From Myxococcales bacterium (GTDB lineage: Bacteria; Myxococcota_A; UBA9042; JABWCM01): a stretch of 64,000 nucleotides of DNA. The stretch spans positions 11,328 to 75,327 of the forward strand of contig JABWCM010000001.1 in NCBI GenBank assembly GCA_013360285.1, read 5' to 3'. Numbering within the stretch: position 1 is the first letter of the stretch; each line of letters begins with the position of its first letter. This document shows positions 30,899 to 41,100 of the stretch, piece by piece. The position numbers and the translations under genes are program-made. The notes beneath the pieces were generated by a model. It had not been told where the DNA came from and did not search any database. It saw nothing but the letters and a program-made list of their open reading frames with translations.

Positions 30899-31979
30899 TT
30901 AGTCGATGTCGGTACAAACCAACTTGATGGCTTGAATACAATTTCCGGAAACAAACGAGAAGGTTCCCGTCGACCCGTCAAAACTCGTCAATCCACCCGA
31001 GCAACCTGCCGGTCCCGCTTGAATGTCGACAACATCGTGGAATTTGTGGGGATAGGAATCCGATCCGGTATAAAGATTGACGGCTGCCACAAACCTTCGC
31101 CCGGTCCAATGGGCTTCGTTGTTGGTGCGCAGCACGCAGTCATATACCCCGTGTGGAAGACCACCGATTCGAGCGTTATCAAAAATCGTCCGTAAACTAT
31201 AACTTCCGTCGGTTGACGTGTTCCAAATCGTGGTTTTCGGGTTGCCGCCCATGGGCCCCTGAGGTCCTTGCGGTCCCGTCGCTCCGGTGGCCCCAGTGAG
31301 TCCGGTTGGTCCGGTTGGTCCGGTTGGTCCGGTTGGCCCTGCCGGTCCCTGCGGCCCGGTCGCCCCAATCGGTCCTTGTGGTCCCGTCGCTCCGACTGCT
31401 CCCGTTGCTCCCGTTGCTCCCGCGGGTCCTGTAGGTCCGGCTGGTCCCTGCGGCCCGACCAGGCCGGAAGGAGATCCGACCCAGTTTCCGGACGCATCAA
31501 TCACCGCGATCTCGCCTACCTGGATCGCTCCAACGCTGATATTTCCGTTTGCGTCTTGTTGGACAAAACCATCGGGTCCAATCCCTCCAAGTTGATCACT
31601 ATTGCGCGCCAACACCGCAAAGGGTACCGACAACACTTGTTGTCGTGGCCCCAACACTTCGCCGGCAATGGTAAATTGCAGATACAGTTGGTCGGATGAC
31701 CACAGCGTGGTTTCCAGACCATCGGGGTCCACCGCACCCAGAACGACATCAAATCGTCCCTGGTTTACTTCCACCGTGCCGAGATTTTCACTCCAGGCGG
31801 CATTTCCGCCGGTTGGAACAACATATAGCTCCACTACAGCGCTGACGTTTCCGTCAAACGCCATGTTGTTGACGGTGCGTAATTCTCCAACATAAGACAA
31901 CGTGACCGGCGCTGCCGTTGCCGAGACCACCACCAAACAACTTCCCAACAAAATCAATGTTCGGATTAACCCGTTCATG
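30899..31979 (-). CDS. Secreted fibrous-protein family member C: conserved N-domain, about 30 collagen-like GXY triplets, unique C-terminal domain
   Basis: GGAAGGAG RBS before ATG 31979 (MNGLIRTL..; six-frame ORF extends to 32008). N-domain [65 protein letters not shown].. triplets. Lies directly downstream of the 3.3k-aa giant gene. Confidence 0.8.
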
Positions 31980-32106
31980 TTCCGGCTCCTTCCAAAGGGC
32001 ATCGCCACGGGCCAAGGTTGATCCTTTTCCCAAAAACGTTACGCCGTCTGTTCTGAACCTTACGGTACTTCCGTTGGGACCGGTGTGTCAATCGGCAACG
32101 ACGGGG

Positions 32107-35100
32107 TTACAATTCGCAACTATCGGGGCATTTGTTGGCGTTGGCGTCGATGAGTGGATTGAGCGGTGCTCCCAGCGCCAAAGAAATGATTAAGTTAACA
32201 TCTACAATCGTGACCGAACTATCACAGTCCACGTTGGCGTATTTGGGGTTTCCGGCTTTGAGACAACCCGGCGGCGGACCGCTTTGGTTATCCAACACCC
32301 ACAACGACGTCAAAATACCGCACTGGGTATCCGATACGTTGATGAAGTTGTCGCCGTTGACGTCGCCGACAAGTTCAAGGCTGCATACTTGGCACGGGCC
32401 GCAGTCCGCCGAACAGGTTGCACAGGACTCATCAAGAGTGCATACGCCGTTGCCGCAGCACCCGCCGCCGCAGGCTTCCGAAGCGATATCGGCGCATTCG
32501 TCGTCCCACGCCAACAGGCAACAGGCGGGGTCAAAACCACAAACGCAGGTTTGAACTCCGGGATCGTTACATCCCGGAAGCAGCCCGCCTTCACAGCAGT
32601 TCGACTCACAGGGTACGGCCTGTCCCGGATCGTGGGGGTTGGTTTTTTCCAGCCACTCACAAATGTTGTTGGAACCATCGTGATCGGGATCAAACACCGC
32701 GTCATTTTGATGTGGGTCCAGGCCAAAAATCACTTCCCAAGCGTCGTTCATCCCGTCGCCGTCATGGTCGTACGGAATCGTTAAGATACCGCTTTGGACC
32801 GACGCGCCGTTTGAATCTTGAACCACAACCCGGGTGGTTACCGATTGGGTTTGGCTGCCTTTTGCCACAAAAACGCCGTTGGTATTGACCGTCGCCCAAT
32901 TCGGGTTGAGCACGGACCAACTGTAAGGGGGCTCCCCGCCAAATGCCTCAAAATCCACCGTATCGCCGGCGACAACGATTTGATTTGCAATCGGAGCTAC
33001 GACCAGAGGAATATTTTCCAGTCCCGCTTTTGGATACACAAATGCCAGTGTTGTGCCCACTTGGGCGTTTTGGTCGGTGACCGTCACTTCGACCCACCCC
33101 AAACTCACGCCCGTTAACTTACCCTGACCGTCTATCGTAGCGACGGCGTTATCGCTGGTGGCCCACACCAGGGGTGCAACCGAAGCCCCAACGGCGAATT
33201 GAATGGTTTCCCCCACCATGACGATGGGTAAAGTGGGGGTCAATACAATCGTATAAGGGTCGACTTTCAGCGGGTTGGTGCCGTCCAAAAACTCATTGAG
33301 ATTCACAAAAATGTCATTATCCGGGTTCCCCTGCGGATCATCGACTCCCCACGCCAACTCCCAAATATCCGCCATATCATCATTGTCGGTGTCGTTGGCT
33401 TGCTGCATCGGGCTTGTTCCGTCGAGCCATTCCACAATACTTTTGATGTTGTCAAAATCCGGGTTCCCCAAAGCGTCATCAACCTGCCAATTCAAATCGG
33501 GTGCAAACGCCCGTTCCCAGTAGTTGGGCATTCCATCGCCGTCCATGTCCCCATATTGGGTGTTGGCAACATCCGGGTTGGCCCCGCTGGTCATTTCCAA
33601 CAAATCCGGTTTGTCGTCCTGGTCCGGGTCATTGCCGGCGTTGGCCACCAGTGGGTTTCTCCCCATCACCCGTTCGTACCGATCCGGCAACCCATCTTGG
33701 TCGGTATCGGTCAGTAGATCGGTGTGGGTCAAGGGCAACAACCCCGACAAAAATTCCAACGTGTTGGGAATCGCATCCAAATCCGGATCGGCTGTCGCAT
33801 CGGCGGTATTCCAGTCCGTTCCGTAAGCCGCCTCCCACCGTGTAGGCAGCCCGTCACCGTCCCCATCCAACAACGCCGAGTTGGGAACATAAGGGGACGT
33901 TCCATTTAAATACTCAATTCCCGTCGGCATCAAATCCAAATCGGGGTCGGTCCAGAAATCGGCGATCAAGGGGTGCAGCCCCACCGCCTGTTCGTACATA
34001 TCCGGCATTCCATCGTTATCCTGGTCGGTCAAAGTAAGGTTGTCGACCGTCGGGGGCGTGGTGTTTTCGTGCTCCACGAGGTTGGGTAATCCGTCCCCAT
34101 CGGGATCGTCTGATGCATCAAACACAAACGGATCCGTCCCTTGTAACGCTTCCCACGCAGTAAACATAAAGTCCCCGTCGTGGTCGGTTTTGCGGTCATC
34201 CACAAACGGCAACGTTCCAAGCTCCATTTCTTTTAAGTTCGACAACCCATCCCCATCCGGGTCGGCCAACGAATCATCCACCAATGGGTCCAACCCCACG
34301 TTGACCTCGTAACCATCTTCCAGTTGGTCCCCATCGGTGTCGGGATGTAACGGGTCGGTATTGAGTTGATATTCTTTGTCATTTTTTAATCCATCGCCAT
34401 CGGGATCGTCCGCACCATTGGCAATCGTGGGATCAAATCCATAATCGAGTTCCCAATGATCCCCTAAGCCGTCCTGATCGTAATCCCACGGCACCGTAAT
34501 CACCCCACTGAGGGCCGCATTGTTCAGCGCATCCAAAACAATGACGATCGACGTTTGATTCACCGTCGGGAAACCGGTGGCCGTAAACAACCCGTCGTCA
34601 TCGATCCATCCCGCGTTGTCGTTGGTCACAATCCAAAAGTAGGGTGTGATTCCTCCGGTGGCCGCCAACTGGAGTGTTCCTCCGGTGACCACCTTGTGGG
34701 GGCCCGGAGGTGTGATGGCCATTGCTACAATCGGTTCGGCTTTGGCCATCACCACCGTCGATGGTGCACTTTCCCCCAACGCCGAAAAAGCGGTCACTTT
34801 GTACCAATAAGGTGTATCCAGTTCCACCTGGAAATCCTTAAACAGCGTGGTTTCCAAGCCGACTACGCTCCACGGAATATACGGCCCTTCTTCGGCAGTT
34901 GCGCGGTAGATTTTATACCCTTCCAGTCCTCGTTCCTGATTGGGTAACCAGGCCACCACGGTGTAATCCGGTGTTCCCGAGGCCTGAACACCCGTCGGCG
35001 CATCGATGGTTGCCAACCCCGGCAAAATCCGAATCGTGCCGTCCTCTTGTCCTAAGACCAAATCGTAAGTCCCATCTCCGTCCCAATCGAGATGCATGGG

Positions 35101-38100
35101 AACCGTACGGCCGGTGCTGTCGGTTTCAATGACCTGGATTGGATTATACGAAAACAGCCCGGAAATCGCCGCGGTCCACAACAACACCTGCCCGGTACCA
35201 TTGCCCGAAATCAAATCGCGGCTTCCTTTGCCGTCCAAATCATAACTAAACCACGGTGTTGCTTCCTGCCCAGCATCCAACGGCGCCGTGTTGTTGGAGC
35301 CGGTCATCAACGTTGGGCCGGAAAGAACCGGGGCGTTGTCGGTGCCGACGTTGAGGAAGAGTTCAAAATGACCATCGGCACGCCCCACCATCCAGTCCCG
35401 ATTGCCGTCCCCATTCCAATCGACCACGACGGGACGTGCGGGTACCGGACGAACCAAATCGATCAAGGTGTTGCCGGGTCCAGGAACCTGAACGTAGGTG
35501 GGGGCTTGGTCAAATTGGGGTTGGGTTGGTGAGCCGGTGTTCATATAAAACCGGAATCTCCCACTGCTTTCTTGGGCAGCCAGATCCAACAGGCGATCCC
35601 CGTTCCAGTCCACCAGAATGGGGTCGGTGGGTGCGCCCAACAGAATGGGTTGGCCAGTTGTTTCAATGGCGACGGGTGTTTCCCAAACGGGGTTTGCCTG
35701 ATCCCCAACGTTGTGGGTTATCCACAATCCGCCTGTTCCATCGCCCAAAACGAGATCCATGTCGCCGTCGAGATTCCAATCCACGGCATCTACGGAAATC
35801 GGTCCCACGAGCCCCGTCAGGATCCCGATGTCGGCCAGGGTTGGTTCCCCATACGCCACCGGCGTGGAATGGGGATTCGGCGAAACCTCGATTTCCACAG
35901 GTGATTCCGCAAGCTCCATTCCCACGGCTCGCGCGGTTCCATAACCGGTTGCCCACACCGTCACAAAATGGGGCCGCGCAACCGTATCCACCGCGGCGAG
36001 TGCTTGCACCGGTCCCACAAACCGCCCTGGATACCCCCATGTCCCGTCGGCATACACGTTGGCTCCACCCACCAGGCTGTCCACCCGCAACGTCGGGTTA
36101 AACACAAAGGGGTCGGTATTGTTTTTGTACTCATCGCCGGTCGTCAACGTGTCCCCATCGGGATCCCCCAACGCATCCAAAGGATTTTTCGGGTTGAGTC
36201 CATTTGCCGTTTCCCACGAGTCTTTGAGTCCATCGTTATCAAAATCAAGCGGAACCGTGATCAACCCGCTTGTTAACTTACCTCCGCCGGCGTTTGTGGC
36301 CGTCACGGTGGTGGTCGTTGCCGTTGTTGACGAAACGGCAGTAAACAAACCGTTGTTGTCGACGATACCGACCGCCGGTTCGGATGACGACCACGATACC
36401 GGCACAAAATTCCCAATGATTCCAAATTGAAGGTTGTCTCCCGCCACCACGAGTTGTGGGCCCTCCGGAGTGATCGCCAGGGGAGGGACACTCACCGGTT
36501 TGACCACAAACTTAGCTGCGAGATTCCCTGATTTACCGTCGGCGTTGGTGACGACCACCGAATATTGTCCCGGCGGCACACCTTCCAGGTCGACCGTCGT
36601 GGTCAACGAGGTTCCGGTGGTGACCGTATTGGGGGCGGCGACGGTCATCGACGTTCCCACAAACGACAACGTTGCATCGGGAAAAAGGTGGGTTCCGCTC
36701 ACCGTCAAGGCGACCTCCGTTCCTGTTTCTGAACTCAGCGGTGTCATGGAGACCAACACCGGCGGGCCGTTGTCGGTATTGTTGCTTATGACCGACGGAT
36801 TTCCCCCAGCGTCGATGGTTTTCATTGCAAAATACAACACGTTTCCCCCCGGCAAACCGCCGGCCATCCAGGTTTGGGTATCTCCGGCCGCCACGGGTGT
36901 CGGGGGATCGCCAACGGGGATCGCCGTTCCAAACGTCGCCTGAGTAATGGGGCTCGTGGAATACCGGATGTCGTAAGCGTCTGCCGTGCCGGTAAATCCA
37001 TTGTCGCCGGGTGCCGTCCAGGTTAACAAAACCGTGCCGATCCCCACGCCGATGACCTGGAGGTCCCCAATCGGTCCTGGAGCGATCAAGTCGCTCGAAA
37101 TGGTTTTCCAGGGGTTAAACAACACCAAGTTGGTGACGGCGTCGCCGGTTCCTCCTGGATTGGTTGTATGGGTGGGGCCGGTAGACGATCCCCACCAGTT
37201 CTGCGTCGCATCCACCACCAGGGCACCCAGATTTTGTACCCCAAAGCTGGTGTTGCCCACCAATTGGGATTCGTGGATCTGCGGTGCCCCTCCTTGAACC
37301 AACATCCCCACCGTATTGTTTTGCAGGGTACAACCCGTTACAACGGCATTGCCCGCGGTCACCCGAATCCCGGCACCGCCGTTTGAAAAAACGCACCCGT
37401 TGATCGTGGGTGCGGCATTAACAAGCGTGACCGCCCCATACAAGCCGGTGCCCAACGGCCCATTGGTTCCAAAATATTGCCCTTGGGTTTGTCCTCCATA
37501 ACGGAAGGTGGACGCGGTAAAACTCGACGTGTCGGACGCCAGGTTCAACAACACAAATCCACCATAATTTCCGCCGGTTGGGATCGTCGTGGGGCCGTTG
37601 TTTTCGGTGTCGCCACCGACTGTGTCATCGGCCAATGACGTAAACAGGGCTCCGTTGGCGATCACTTTGCCCGTAAGCGCAGCGTTGGTATCGTGTCCGA
37701 CGACGATATAAGTTCCATTGGCCCCACTGGTGCTGGCTGCCGGTCCAAATTTCACGATGGTGCCGGGGCTAAACTCCAACGTCGGCATGGGGTTTCCTGC
37801 GACGGTTGTGATGGTTCCGGGTTCGAGCACGTAGGTAAATCCCGCCGGCAACCCCCCCCAGATGCCGCTTTGGTTCATGGTTCCTCCACGGACAAAAATC
37901 GCATTGTGGTGGGCCGGCGAACTGTTGGCGATCCAAGTGTTGTTGGCGCCCGGTGCGGTGAGTCCGGCGATGGAGTTGGGGGTCAGGCTAATGGGATAGT
38001 TGGCGTTCCCCAAAAAGAACGATCCGGTAATGGAGGCATTGTTGGCATAAACCCCATGCCCTTTGTTGCCATTGATGGTGCAGTTGGACACGGTGAGTGG

Positions 38101-41100
38101 GCCACTTCCCGCGTCGTAAACCCCGTGCCCTTGCCCATCAAGAAGGGAACAATTTTGGATCGTCGGCGCGCCGGTGTGGACATAAATTGCCGCGGTTCCG
38201 CATCCTTGGAAGGTGCTGTTGGTCACTTTGGCGTTGACGCCCGCCAGGGTAACGCACCCATAAACTGAACCGGCTCCGAGCGGTGCGTTGGTACCAAAGT
38301 ATTGCCCCTGGGTTTGCCCGCCATACTTCAGGGTGCAGCCTTCGATGGTGGATGAATCATCGGCGGTTTCCATCAACAAAATGCCGCCATAGGATCCGGC
38401 AGCGGGAGCGGTCGGGCCGTTGCCCGTGGTATCACCGGCAATTGAATCGTCGGTGGAGACGGTAAAGATAGCCCCCGTTGCGACCAATTTCCCCGACAAC
38501 GCGGCGTTGCTCGCATGTCCTAGTGCCAAATAGGTTCCGTTGGCCCCGCTGGTACTGGCGGCAAGACCAAATTTCACCACCGCGCCCGATCCAATGGCCA
38601 AAGTCGGCATTGGATTTCCTTGCACCCAAACAATCGTACCATCTTGAATATAATAGGAAAAACTTGGAATGTGGGGCCACAAGCCGGAAGCGGAAATCGT
38701 TCCCCCACGAATCTCAATGGCGTTGCGATCTGCGGGAATGGTTCGCGGTACAAACGTATTCCCCGATAGGGGAGAAACGATTCCGGACACCGAGTTGGCC
38801 ATGACCGACACGGGATAAGATGTGTTGCCGGAGAACAAAGTGCCCAATACCACGGCTTCGTTTGCATAAAGCCCATAAACGGCATTGTTTTGGAGTTGGC
38901 TGCCGATGACGGTGACCGGACCCGGCCCGGAGTCGTAAATCGCCGTCCCTTTTCCGCCGTAGACAGAAAGCCCGTCGAGAACCGGTTTTCCCGAATGAAT
39001 TCGTACACCAAACTGGTCGCAATTTTCAAAGGTGCTGTTGGTAATCGACATCGCTGGGCCGTCGATTGTGACACATCCATATAAGTTACCGGCTCCGAGG
39101 GGTCCGTTGGTACCAAAATATTGCCCTTGCGTTACCCCGCCGTGCCGAAACAAACAATTGCTGATCGACGAAGTGGCCGCCGCTTGGTTCGTTAGGATGA
39201 TTCCCCCATACAGCCCGGCGTTTAACGTCTTTTGACCATCCCCCAAGGTGTCGCCGGCATACGCATCGTCGTCGAGAGCCGTAAAGATGGCTCCATCGGC
39301 TACAAGCCGTCCTTTTTTGGATGTGTCACCCGTTGTGCCAATCATCAAGTAGGTTCCGTTGGCCCCCGACGTGCTTGCGTGGGGTCCGAACTTCACAACG
39401 GCGTTGTCTTCGATGGACAACGTGGGGACGATGGTACCCTGAACACTGACGATGTTTCCTGGTTCGATCACATAGGCCAATGGCGAGATGTCGGGCCAGA
39501 CATCGTTTTTGGAAATCACCCCTGCGCGGGCTACCAAGGCGTTGTGGTGAACCGGAGAGGTGTTGGGAACAAATACGTTGCCGGAAGCGGGTGCCGCGAC
39601 ACCTCCGATGGATGCCGCAGTCAACGAAACGGGATACAACGCATTTTTTGCAAAGGTGGTACCCGTAATAGTGGCGTTGTTGCCAAACACGCCGTATCCC
39701 GCAGTGTTGGTCACCGAACAATCGGACATCAGAAGTGGTCCCGTGCCTTCGTCGAGGATGCCGTATACGGTGTTGTTGTGGATGGTGGTGTTTTCGACCT
39801 TGACCGAGCCCGACGTAGCGATTCGAATCGCTGCATAGTGAGCGTTTTCGATTTCACAATTGGAAATCGTGGGGCTGGCGCCGGTAATCGTGATATTGCC
39901 GTACAACAGTCCGGCACCAAGAGGACCGTTTGTTCCAAAATACTGACCTTGACTGGCGCCGCCATATCGGATTGTACAGTCGGTCAACGAGGAATCGTCG
40001 GCTGCGGTATCGAAAAAAACGATTCCACCGTAACTTCCGTTCGCCACCGTCGTGGGTCCGTCACCCAAGAGGTCTCCTCCATGTTGATCGTCGGCCAAAG
40101 CCGTAAAAACAGCTCCGGTGGCGATCAACCTACCGGCCAGCGCCGCGTTGGACGCATGGCCTACTACAAGATAGGTTCCGTTGGCGCCCGAAGTGCCAAC
40201 CGACGGGCCAAACTTAACAATTGCCCCTTCGCCGATGGTCAACGTGGGTAAAGGATTTCCCTGAATGCTGACGATGTCGCCGCCGCGAATCGTATAAACA
40301 AACCCCGGGACCGCCGACCAGACACCCGTGTTTGTGATCACGCCGGCGCGTACTTCGATGCCGTTGTAATGGCCAACGGTTTTTTTGGCGACAAAAGTAT
40401 TGTTGTTGGCGGGGTTGACCAAGCCGGCTACGGAATTGGGGTCGATCGAGATCGGGTAATGATTGCCGGACTGAAAAGACGTTCCCGAAGCGAGGACCGG
40501 ATCGGCAAATACCCCGATGCCGCCGTTGTTTTGAATCACACAATCGGTCAAGGTGACCGTGCCGCTGCCGTCTTCGTAAACGCCGGCTCCGGTGCTGTTC
40601 TGAACGGTACAGTTTGTTAAGTGAGTATCGCCGCTGGTGTGGATACGCACGCCGAATTGGTCATTGGATTCAATCGTGGTGTCGCTGAGTGTGATATTGG
40701 CTGCCGAGATCGTAACCCCACCGTACAAACTACCGGACCCAAGTGGTCCGTTGCTGCCAAAATAATTTCCTTGTACGGCGCCGCCGTACCGGACCGTACA
40801 CCCGTCCAGAGTGCTCGAATCGAGTGCATAGTTGAGAAAAACAATGCTGTTCCATAAACCGGCGACAACGGTTGTGGCGCCGTCGCCGTTGGTATCGCCG
40901 CCAATGGTGTCGTCCAAAGAAGACGTAAAAACGGTGTTGTAAGCCAACAACCCGCCTTGTGCATCGGCGTTGGAAGCAGAACCCACCTGGATATACGAAC
41001 CCGAATTGTTGCCGGTTCCGGCTTGGTTGTCGATTTTGACGGTGGCTCCGGGACCGATGGTTAATACTGGAACAGCCGGGGCGGCAATGACAATACCCGG

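Noticed and set aside
30234-30941. 235-aa minus ORF and 30094..30699 overlapping the membrane-protein gene
   Set aside because: Arg/Cys/His/Trp-rich composition. The in-frame alternative 30350..30877 encodes clean TM helices.
31270-31480. Direct DNA repeats ggtccggttggtccggttggccc.. and 47880-48060 ggtgcgaccggtgcgacc..
   Set aside because: These are not CRISPR or regulatory repeats. They are coding GXY collagen triplets within family member C and the BclA-like gene; their instability is noted under findings.
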